DNA of 27,191 nt from a virus (taxonomy: Duplodnaviria > Caudoviricetes), in IMG/VR virus record IMGVR_UViG_3300020042_003422, positions 1 through 27,191 of that record. One strand, given 5' to 3'. The position numbers and the translations under genes are program-made. The notes beneath the pieces are model-generated. The model saw only the letters and a program-made list of their open reading frames with translations, was not told the origin of the DNA and ran no database searches. The first letter of the stretch is position 1, and each line of letters starts with the position of its first letter. Below, one piece after another: positions 17,546-24,217 of the stretch.

Positions 17546-18286
17546 TTATTCAATGCATTCGCAAGATATCGGATGCCAATCTTCTTCAACCCATTCAATT
17601 TTCATTTGATTGCGATCTCCATTTATTATATCTGTCCAACTTTTATTTCTTCCCAATCCTTTTAACTCAGCTAATTTCGTTGCGTTTTTTTCCATTGAAA
17701 TACATCTATCTTGCAAATCTTTTGGCAAAGAAAGTATTTCATTTAATTTCATATTTGGACAAAAAAAACAAGAACTTTTCCCAGCCTTTGGTAATCCAGC
17801 TTTATCAATAACTTCAATGCATTTTTCTCTATTCCATCCCCATTCAATTAAGGGATAGTAATTTTCAAAATTCTCATTTGGATTTGCCTTAATTCTTCTT
17901 TCTTCGCCTGAATCAAAACCAACCCACATTTGTATTTTTTCATTTGGATATTTTGCTTTCAAATATTTTTCAATTGGTTGAATTTTGAATTTTTGAGAGC
18001 AGGTTTTCCAACCAAATGCAATGGGAGGAATTGTATTATTATTTATACAATCTTGTTCTAATGTCAAAACATCTCCATTTTTATTGGTGTATTTCAATAT
18101 TTTTATTGATGGAAAATTCTTTGATATTAGCCATTGATTAAAAACATCAATAAATTGATAAGTGTGCGGATGTTCACCGCCAGTATCAGAGAATAAAATC
18201 TCATCTGGTATTATTTGATGTTTAACCATATTGATTAAAACTGCTGCTGAGTTCGATCCACCACCGAAAGAAACTACTATTTTCAT
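17546..18286 (-). CDS. PAPS-reductase-family (PP-loop, Fe-S) protein
   Basis: PP-loop variant 'SFGGGSNS', plus 'DTGGEHP', 'CSQKFKIQP', 'YPLIEWG' and 'SSCFFCP'. Confidence 0.8.
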   Translation of the reverse strand: MKIVVSFGGGSNSAAVLINMVKHQIIPDEILFSDTGGEHPHTYQFIDVFNQWLISKNFPSIKILKYTNKNGDVLTLEQDCINNNTIPPIAFGWKTCSQKFKIQPIEKYLKAKYPNEKIQMWVGFDSGEERRIKANPNENFENYYPLIEWGWNREKCIEVIDKAGLPKAGKSSCFFCPNMKLNEILSLPKDLQDRCISMEKNATKLAELKGLGRNKSWTDIINGDRNQMKIEWVEEDWHPISCECIE

Positions 18287-19050
18287 AATTGCGTTTTTAT
18301 TTTTGTTTGTAAAATATGACTATCCATTATATCCGAATAGATGAGCCTTGATAATTCACACTGATAATCATCTTTGAACTTTTGACGGCTTAACTTATCC
18401 AATCTCTTTGCCTTGTAAGCACTGATTGATTGAGCGTCTAAGGTCTTTTTATAGGCCATAAATTGCCATTTCTTCCATTCCTCATCCGACCACATCTCAT
18501 CTCTGATAATCTTCTTGTCGTAGAATGTGCGAACCTTCATTGGTGCTAACATCAGAACAAAATCTCTTTTATTTTCTCTCCATAGTCGGATATCTTCGTT
18601 AAAGGTATCAGTCCAATCAACTGGTTCATCGGTTGTATTGGATGGAAGCTCTATCTTTGCTTTCTTTTTGTCAATTGCCAAGTTGGTTTTCATCTTGAAA
18701 TCATTGTACGACTTCAGGATATCTGATAAGAATGCGACCGACATCATTCCAAAGGACTCAACTCTTTCCCATTCCGTTCCTACTGCATTGAGTTGAAACG
18801 CAAGAGCCATCTCTCCAGTTGTTAAGTATGGGTAGTGCGTCTGCATAGTCACATACAGAAGATTCGTTTCCTCATCTGAGGGCAGGTTTTTGATTCCGTA
18901 AAGCACTATTCCATATGCAATAGATTGCTTAAAAATTGAGAGCGTTATATCGCAAATCCGAGGGGATTCAAGACTTGTAATAAATGCTTTTTCGTTATGC
19001 GTTAACCCACTGTTGTAGGCTGTCTCTTTGAATTCTACCAATTGTTTCAT
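18283..19050 (-). CDS. Hypothetical replication-module protein (helicase loader-like position)
   Basis: 255-aa helical ORF immediately downstream of the initiator-like gene. The function is inferred from position only. Confidence 0.5.
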   Translation of the reverse strand: MKQLVEFKETAYNSGLTHNEKAFITSLESPRICDITLSIFKQSIAYGIVLYGIKNLPSDEETNLLYVTMQTHYPYLTTGEMALAFQLNAVGTEWERVESFGMMSVAFLSDILKSYNDFKMKTNLAIDKKKAKIELPSNTTDEPVDWTDTFNEDIRLWRENKRDFVLMLAPMKVRTFYDKKIIRDEMWSDEEWKKWQFMAYKKTLDAQSISAYKAKRLDKLSRQKFKDDYQCELSRLIYSDIMDSHILQTKIKTQL

Positions 19051-19366
19051 TGTGATTGTTTTTAGTTGTTACAAATTTACTTAAATCCCATGCCGACCTT
19101 ACTGCAGCTTTCCAGTCCTTCATTTTATTTTTGCCATACTTCCATCCAGTGTTAGTATAGTGAGAGATAAAGACATCAGCAAAGTGGAGCGCATCTTCTG
19201 AGTTGGCATTGGGCATTCTTTCAAGAAAGTAGTCAGCGACTTCCTCAAGAGATGGCGCAGTGAAACGACATTCTTTCAATTTTTTTTGTTGGTTCAATTG
19301 ACTTTCCAACTGGCTCACTCTCTCGCTTAACGAGTGAACCTCTAAGATTAAAGTATTTATGTCCAT
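18995..19366 (-). CDS. Replication-initiator C-terminal-like protein
   Basis: 'FTAPSLEEVADYF...F..HY...GWKYGKNKMKDWKAAVR.AW' is the C-terminal motif of many phage replisome organisers. Confidence 0.65.
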   Translation of the reverse strand: MDINTLILEVHSLSERVSQLESQLNQQKKLKECRFTAPSLEEVADYFLERMPNANSEDALHFADVFISHYTNTGWKYGKNKMKDWKAAVRSAWDLSKFVTTKNNHNETIGRIQRDSLQQWVNA

Positions 19367-19799
19367 TGTTTAGCATTAGTTTAGTTGTTGTGCAATTATA
19401 ACCATTATTTTCAAATGAGTTAAAAAAATCATTTATCAAAAATCTCCATTGCCCATCTATTCGATAAAGGTCGCAGAACTTTTTGAGTGAGTGGAGAACG
19501 GTTGAGTGATCAACACCAACTGGAGCGCCGATGTCTCTCAAAGTCTTTTTGTTGTTGGTGAAATAATTGAAAGCAATTACAATAGCACGTGCATCAACAA
19601 CCTCTCTTTTCCGTGTGCGACTTTGAATGTCACTATATTTAACATTCATCAAGTCTTTGCAGGCATTAGTGATGATATCATCAATGACTTTGGTTTCTTC
19701 AATAACTTTAATTTCTTCAGGTTGATTGGTGACCAATTCACGTAGTTCTGCAAGTTGCCTTTCGATTGCGGTTATTGAGTTTAATAATATCTCATTCAT
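19245..19799 (-). CDS. DnaA C-terminal (domain IV) HTH-containing protein
   Basis: 'SRTRKREVVDAR...TLRDIG...DHSTVLHSLKK' matches the DnaA domain IV signature. There is no AAA+ domain. Confidence 0.8.
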   Translation of the reverse strand: MNEILLNSITAIERQLAELRELVTNQPEEIKVIEETKVIDDIITNACKDLMNVKYSDIQSRTRKREVVDARAIVIAFNYFTNNKKTLRDIGAPVGVDHSTVLHSLKKFCDLYRIDGQWRFLINDFFNSFENNGYNCTTTKLMLNNGHKYFNLRGSLVKRESEPVGKSIEPTKKIERMSFHCAIS

Positions 19800-20058
19800 C
19801 TTGACCTCCGAACTTTTCTCCGAACTTTTCTCCGTAATAGTTTACTGGTTCGTGTTCGTTTTCATTTTCAGCCACAGCCAATGAGATCAATTCGCACTTA
19901 TCCACGTTTATCATTTTCGATAATTTGTCAATGTGGTTAATACTCATTGTGATTGGGTACGTTTCGTACTTGCGACCAGTTGGCCAAGTCACTCCCATCG
20001 CCTTAGCGAATTCGTAAGTGGATGGGTAGTGGGTTCTTATTAGTGTTCTAAACTTCAT
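19792..20058 (-). CDS. XRE/Cro-like HTH protein
   Basis: 'STYEFAKAMGVTWPTGRKYETYP' helix-turn-helix pattern. Confidence 0.6.
   Translation of the reverse strand: MKFRTLIRTHYPSTYEFAKAMGVTWPTGRKYETYPITMSINHIDKLSKMINVDKCELISLAVAENENEHEPVNYYGEKFGEKFGGQDE
19806..19834. repeat. 12-bp tandem repeat (CTCCGAACTTTT x2 plus CTCCG)
   Basis: Seen directly. It encodes GEKF-GEKF-G at the HTH protein C-terminus. Confidence 0.8.
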
Positions 20059-20115
20059 AATGTTTTCTTAAGTAGTTAAATAATTCTTTCGGGCTATCAA
20101 ACGTGATAACCCCCC

Positions 20116-20568
20116 TTAAAAAGGGAGATCATCAGCGTTATTCATTTTGCCATCTTGGATAGCATCCTTGTAAGGATTTTCGCCTGTGGTTAAATAGATT
20201 TCAAAAGCTTGAGCAGTGGCGCATATCACACCAATCTGTTGGTTGATAGCTTCACCTTCGCCTTTGTGGAGATCAACTGCTGCTTTCAACGCAACCGCAC
20301 GTGCGATGTCTGCGGACTTATCTTCTTTCACAAAAGACTTTGCACTACCTCCACCATTCCAAGACTTTTGCTCCTTAGCAAATTTGATATTCCAGTACCT
20401 ACCGTTCTGCGTGTATTCGTATTGCTTTTCATCTCCAACTTTGAAGGGTGGATCCTGAGATGCGGCAAAGCAACCGCCAACGTCTCCGTTTTCCATTTCG
20501 ACTTCGAACTTGAAAAGTTCTTTCCACGTGCCATTCTGCTGAATGGACTTGATTTTTGATGTTTTCAT
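20116..20568 (-). CDS. Single-stranded DNA-binding-like protein (OB-fold-like, DDLPF tail)
   Basis: Beta-rich N-terminus and acidic-aromatic 'DDLPF' C-terminus. It has a strong A-rich start at 20568, but the frame stays open to 20757. Confidence 0.6.
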   Translation of the reverse strand: MKTSKIKSIQQNGTWKELFKFEVEMENGDVGGCFAASQDPPFKVGDEKQYEYTQNGRYWNIKFAKEQKSWNGGGSAKSFVKEDKSADIARAVALKAAVDLHKGEGEAINQQIGVICATAQAFEIYLTTGENPYKDAIQDGKMNNADDLPF

Positions 20569-20753
20569 TTTATTTTGGTTTTTAATGATTTCTTGATATT
20601 TTTTTTCTAAATCTGTTTCAAAGTCTATGTGCATCATCACACCTCTATAAGCAACTGTGATGAGTCTACCTTGACTGAATTCATACTCTTGCCTTTTGCG
20701 TTCACGGTATGAAAGCGGTTTGCCAGTTTTGAATTCATCCCAATACTCCCAAG

Positions 20754-20927
20754 TCATCTCTTATAAGTTTTTTCTTTCAAGAGTGCCTCCATCCGTTCAA
20801 ATGGTTTGCGTGGAGATGAGTCTGCAATGTGTTGAGCAATTGCATTGAAATCAAGTTGCTCAGTTGGTAGACTGGAGGACATCACACAGATAAACTTGCG
20901 TGGGTAGGTTAGATCAAATGCTTTCAT
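20754..20927 (-). CDS. Hypothetical protein (57 aa), not in the ORF track
   Basis: MKAFDLTYPRKFICVMSSSLPTEQLDFNAIAQHIADSSPRKPFERMEALLKEKTYKR. Its stop overlaps the ATG at 20757 as ATGA. Confidence 0.6.
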   Translation of the reverse strand: MKAFDLTYPRKFICVMSSSLPTEQLDFNAIAQHIADSSPRKPFERMEALLKEKTYKR

Positions 20928-21147
20928 AATGGATATGTGTTTTCATTTTTTCAACCAATGCCTTTGCTTCTTCTTCATTTGCCCAATAAGTTGGGTATTG
21001 ATTTTCGAGCCATTGACCTATAAGATAACGTATAAGCATTGTTTCATCCGTTGTCAATAGATGCACTGTCGAATTCAAAGGACAATTCTCTTTGCTGAAT
21101 TGGTCAAGGTTATCACCTACCAACTCTATTTGCTTTCTTTTGTACAT
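20914..21147 (-). CDS. Hypothetical early protein (77 aa)
   Basis: The ATG at 21147 lies just after the upstream stop at 21149, so this start is preferred to 21177. Confidence 0.6.
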   Translation of the reverse strand: MYKRKQIELVGDNLDQFSKENCPLNSTVHLLTTDETMLIRYLIGQWLENQYPTYWANEEEAKALVEKMKTHIHYESI

Positions 21148-21148
21148 C

Positions 21149-21349
21149 TTAAATGATTTGAAAGATGAATGCTTCAACTCCGTTTACGTGATACTTGCCT
21201 GAATAAGCGTGGCAGTAACCGTGTTCATCCATATGGTATTTAATACCATTGTCGTGAGCGTAATCAATCACAGTAGCGTTAGCCTGCTCCAATGATTCGC
21301 AATTGATGGCTTGTTGATGAAAGCCTTTGAAAATGTGAACTTGATACAT
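21149..21349 (-). CDS. Hypothetical early protein (66 aa)
   Basis: A/C-rich leader 'aaacaaacaaaacaaaaaactATG'. Confidence 0.65.
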   Translation of the reverse strand: MYQVHIFKGFHQQAINCESLEQANATVIDYAHDNGIKYHMDEHGYCHAYSGKYHVNGVEAFIFQII

Positions 21350-21374
21350 AGTTTTTTGTTTTGTTTGTTTATTT

Positions 21375-21398
21375 GTGCGTTGTGGATGCGCACCCCCC
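21375..21398 (-). promoter_or_regulatory. Intergenic RNA hairpin GGGGGGUGCG-CAUCCACAA-CGCAC
   Basis: A GC-rich island in an AT-rich spacer with a 5-bp stem and no U-tract on the coding strand. Confidence 0.4.
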
Positions 21399-21409
21399 TT
21401 TTAATTATT

Positions 21410-21619
21410 TTAATGATTTATTACTTTCCATACGCCAGTCTTAATGTTATTTTCATAACTTTTATGACCAACATAAAATTTAGATGAACTTCTACCTGTT
21501 GAGCTTGTGTATTTGCATCCAGGTTGATCTAAATTTACTCTTTTGTCAGTTACAGAAGTGATAACATAAGTAGTGTTAAATCTTATGTCTAAAATCTGTG
21601 TGTTTGCGATTGCTTTCAT
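21410..21619 (-). CDS. First gene of the early arm, hypothetical (69 aa)
   Basis: The ATG at 21619 follows 'aaacaaaaacaaa' and lies just downstream of the promoter. Confidence 0.65.
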   Translation of the reverse strand: MKAIANTQILDIRFNTTYVITSVTDKRVNLDQPGCKYTSSTGRSSSKFYVGHKSYENNIKTGVWKVINH

Positions 21620-21646
21620 TTTGTTTTTGTTTCGTTGTTTGTTTGG

Positions 21647-21676
21647 CAAATATAGAAATAAATTTTAACTTGTCAA
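21647..21676 (-). promoter_or_regulatory. Bacteroidota housekeeping-sigma promoter (early, leftward)
   Basis: On the minus strand: TTG (21676-21674), 19 nt, then TATATTTG (21654-21647). This is an exact TTG-N19-TAnnTTTG match. Confidence 0.8.
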
Positions 21677-21751
21677 GAAAAAAATGAAAATATTTTTAGT
21701 TTTCCAATGTTTTCAAGGGTTTCAGGATGCATTTTTTTTTGTCTATCCTAT

Positions 21752-21759
21752 TAAATTTG
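21752..21759 (+). promoter_or_regulatory. Candidate rightward -7 element TAAATTTG
   Basis: TAnnTTTG match in the divergent intergenic region. There is no well-spaced -33 element. Confidence 0.35.
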
Positions 21760-21775
21760 TGTTTAATTTAGTCCA

Positions 21776-22171
21776 ATGAAAGGGAAAATAATCCAATCAA
21801 TGAAGCCAAGAGCCAAAAAACCGTTGGCTGGAGAGGCAGGTGTGCAGTTTGCGATTGTGCAGTATATCAAAGTGATGTATCCAAATGCGTTGTATTGCGC
21901 TTCTGCGGGTGGTATGTTTACATCAATGAAGCAAGCTATCAAGATGAAAATGACTGGATACGTTAAGGGATTTCCTGACCTTCAAATTTGCGAACCAAAC
22001 GAAAAATATCACGGTCTTTTTATAGAGGTCAAGACTGATAAAGGTGTTGTGAGCAAGGAACAGAAGGAATGGATAAAGCAGTTGAACAAACGTGGGTATT
22101 ATGCTACTTATGTCAAAGGATCTGAGGATGCCATAAAACTAATTGATGCATATTTCAAAAACGCAATATGA
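21776..22171 (+). CDS. VRR-NUC domain nuclease (PD-(D/E)xK, resolvase-like)
   Basis: 'GFPDL...LFIEVK...SKEQKEW...GY' motif. An alternative start exists at 21800. Confidence 0.85.
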   Translation: MKGKIIQSMKPRAKKPLAGEAGVQFAIVQYIKVMYPNALYCASAGGMFTSMKQAIKMKMTGYVKGFPDLQICEPNEKYHGLFIEVKTDKGVVSKEQKEWIKQLNKRGYYATYVKGSEDAIKLIDAYFKNAI

Positions 22172-22628
22172 CCAACATAGGCGGTTAGCCGTCAACTTGT
22201 GCGGCGGTAACGTGTACGAAGCGGACGACCTTCTGCATGATACGTTATTGTGCATCTTTGAAAATGGCAATGAGATTCGCAAGAGTGAGCATTATATTAA
22301 CCACGCTTTGAAAATCGCACACTGGTCTAATCGGAGTCATTACCATAACACCATTCGCAAGTTCAATCAAATGTCGGATGAGCCTACCGAGTCACAATTA
22401 CGAGATTACGAGAGTGTGACCGTGTGGTTAGGTGACCGCATTACAAATGAGCAACTTGATATCTTGATTTCAAGACTTCCATTCTTTGAGAGAGAGGTCT
22501 TTTACTTATACGCATTAAACGACTTTTCGTACAATGACCTATCCATTGATACTGGCATACCAAAGAAAGTCCTTTATAACGCAGTTAAATACGCTAAAAA
22601 TGAAATTAAAAAAGCAATAGTGATATGA
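22146..22628 (+). CDS. ECF-like sigma-70 factor
   Basis: Region 2 'EADDLLHDTLL' and region 4 'ISRLPFFEREVFYLY...SYNDLS...GIPKKV' HTH. Confidence 0.75.
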   Translation: MHISKTQYDQHRRLAVNLCGGNVYEADDLLHDTLLCIFENGNEIRKSEHYINHALKIAHWSNRSHYHNTIRKFNQMSDEPTESQLRDYESVTVWLGDRITNEQLDILISRLPFFEREVFYLYALNDFSYNDLSIDTGIPKKVLYNAVKYAKNEIKKAIVI

Positions 22629-23119
22629 ATAAGGTAATCGAAATGGCCAATATGCGGATGGCCATATGCAAAGAATGTCCCGTTTACAATTCAACTACCC
22701 GAACGTGTGGCACTCCACTAAATAAGTTAAACCCATTTGCACAACCAGTTACGTTGGATGGAGTGACATTCAAACCGTGTGGGTGTTTCTTGGACTTAAA
22801 GACAAAGATGACCTTTCAGGATTGCCCAGGTGGAAGATGGCCTGTTGTTGTGGATAGTGAAAAGAAAGCGCAAGCAAAGGAGTTGGTTCAATCCGTTAAG
22901 GCAACCAATGTACTTACCGATCCACAACGCAGACTTCTTGCCGAATTTGATGAGTTGATGAAGGGTAGCAAGGGTAAGGTGAGCAGTTGTGTGCCTTGCG
23001 TGAATAAGATGATTGATGACCTCCATAACCAACTAAAAACTGAGGAGGTGCTACTTACTACCGAAGAAACCACAATACCTAAGAAACGTGGAAGAAAACC
23101 AAGAAAATCAGGAATATGA
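22625..23119 (+). CDS. Cys-rich putative Zn-binding protein with basic tail
   Basis: 'RMAICKECP...CG...CGCFL..KT...CPGGRW', a second 'CVPC' and a C-terminal 'KKRGRKPRK'. Confidence 0.65.
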   Translation: MNKVIEMANMRMAICKECPVYNSTTRTCGTPLNKLNPFAQPVTLDGVTFKPCGCFLDLKTKMTFQDCPGGRWPVVVDSEKKAQAKELVQSVKATNVLTDPQRRLLAEFDELMKGSKGKVSSCVPCVNKMIDDLHNQLKTEEVLLTTEETTIPKKRGRKPRKSGI

Positions 23120-23313
23120 TGAGTCTGCTTCATTTTTGTTTTACGTGCTATTTACTGACCGCATTGTTACTTATTGGACTGATGGGCGTGATGATGCTAA
23201 GGCGAACCCTACCTACTTCAATTGAAAATGTTTTGGGTATGTTGTTTACCGCATTCTGTTGGCCTGTTGTGTTGGCAATGACAATTGTGGAATTGTTCAA
23301 AAGTAGTGAGTAA
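23116..23313 (+). CDS. Small two-TM membrane protein
   Basis: Two hydrophobic helices and a 'FCWPVV' motif. ATGA overlap with the upstream gene. Confidence 0.6.
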   Translation: MMSLLHFCFTCYLLTALLLIGLMGVMMLRRTLPTSIENVLGMLFTAFCWPVVLAMTIVELFKSSE

Positions 23314-23342
23314 TTAACAAGGCAACCATTCAACTGATTCAC

Positions 23343-23350
23343 TATCTTTG
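23343..23350 (+). promoter_or_regulatory. Bacteroidota -7 element TATCTTTG upstream of the ncRNA locus
   Basis: Exact TAnnTTTG match in intergenic DNA. No clear -33 element. Confidence 0.5.
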
Positions 23351-23373
23351 TAGTGTTGAGTGGTTAAGCGTTT

Positions 23374-23428
23374 TCCCCCTTTCGTTATAACCCTCAACAA
23401 GTTAATACGATTGGGGGAGTTTTTTTTT
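23374..23428 (+). terminator. Terminator-like hairpin with U9 tract, overlapping an alternative stem
   Basis: TCCCCC/GGGGGA, TCGT/ACGA and TAAC/GTTA stems, followed by G and T9. Confidence 0.5.
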
Positions 23429-23520
23429 AGTCAGGTGGCGGAATGGTAGACGCTATAACGAATAAGAGAGCAAGGCTACACGTTGATCCTTGCGTACAGG
23501 TTCGAATCCTGTCCTGACTA
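23429..23520 (+). tRNA. tRNA-like element (Leu-type scaffold) with unpaired anticodon region
   Basis: Acceptor AGTCAGG/CCTGACT (7 bp) plus discriminator A, D-arm GCGGAATGGTAGACGC, T-arm ACAGG-TTCGAAT-CCTGT and variable stem GCAAGG/CCTTGC. No anticodon stem and no encoded CCA. Confidence 0.75.
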
Positions 23521-23525
23521 CAACT

Positions 23526-23790
23526 CAATCATTGGCGGTGCAAATACGCTTGGATGATTGTTTTAAGCGTTACAAGGGGATGATGGCACAGCGCAGCGGT
23601 AGCATTAAGGACAAAGCCGCAAGACCATCACGAGAGCCGAATATCTCGTTAAAGTAGTGTCCAGGTCAAAGGTCAACGGTGATACTTTGAAACTTGAAGG
23701 TGAGGGACTCATTCGACAGATTGAATCTTAATCATCAAAGGGGAGTGACCACTGAGTTGAAAGTCAGTAGGATATTCTCATTCCCTTTTG
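23526..23790 (+). ncRNA. Putative multi-stem structured RNA of unknown family
   Basis: No ORF of 60 aa or more. At least five stems are visible by eye, including a 13-bp stem 23736-23748/23778-23790. Confidence 0.5.
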
Positions 23791-23843
23791 GTTCAGGATC
23801 TATTCTCTAGATTAAATATTATTACTTATATTTGTTATTATAT

Positions 23844-24200
23844 ATGATTATACTACCTGCTCAAATCGAATCTATTAAAAGTCGTAAGGATAGGACTACA
23901 GCTATTGTCATTGGCACTAATGAACTTACACCTGATCAAGCTGGGCAAATATTCAGTCTTCAAAATTCATTCGTCTATTGCGCTCTAAAAGAGGAGGAAT
24001 TCGCTACTAATGAAAAGGAGGTGATGAACGACCTTAAAGCTGACTTTGAAATTGAAAAGAAATCGAATGGTCAAAGGTTACGCAATGTCCTTTACAAGTT
24101 ATATGAGCAGGACAAAGAGGGATTCTTGACCTTTACTAAATACTATGACCATAAGATGGAGCAATTGATAAACCACTTTAAGACTAAAATAGATTTGTAA
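23844..24200 (+). CDS. Conserved hypothetical phage protein
   Basis: 'IESIKSRKDRT' and 'KSNGQRLRNVLYKLYEQ...YY..KME' motifs. It is preceded by TACTTA/TATATTTG at 23823-23834. Confidence 0.7.
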   Translation: MIILPAQIESIKSRKDRTTAIVIGTNELTPDQAGQIFSLQNSFVYCALKEEEFATNEKEVMNDLKADFEIEKKSNGQRLRNVLYKLYEQDKEGFLTFTKYYDHKMEQLINHFKTKIDL

Positions 24201-24217
24201 ATATCAAATTTTAACAA

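Noticed and set aside
19899-19907. DnaA-box-like TTATCCACG near the DnaA-domain gene
   Set aside because: A single mismatched copy inside a coding region with no cluster; compatible with chance.
20110-20127. Short CCCTT/AAGGG hairpin at the end of the SSB-like gene
   Set aside because: It is largely dictated by the 'LPF-stop' codons and has a weak U-tract, so it was not called as a terminator.
23429-23790. tmRNA or theta (HDV-like) ribozyme interpretation of the RNA locus
   Set aside because: The acceptor has U3-A70 rather than the G3-U70 alanine determinant and no tag ORF is evident. I could not find an HDV-like nested double-pseudoknot core starting at the tRNA 3' end.
23521-23820. Group I/II intron or CRISPR mini-array
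   Set aside because: No recognisable P7 or domain V catalytic motifs, no interrupted gene and no regularly spaced repeats.
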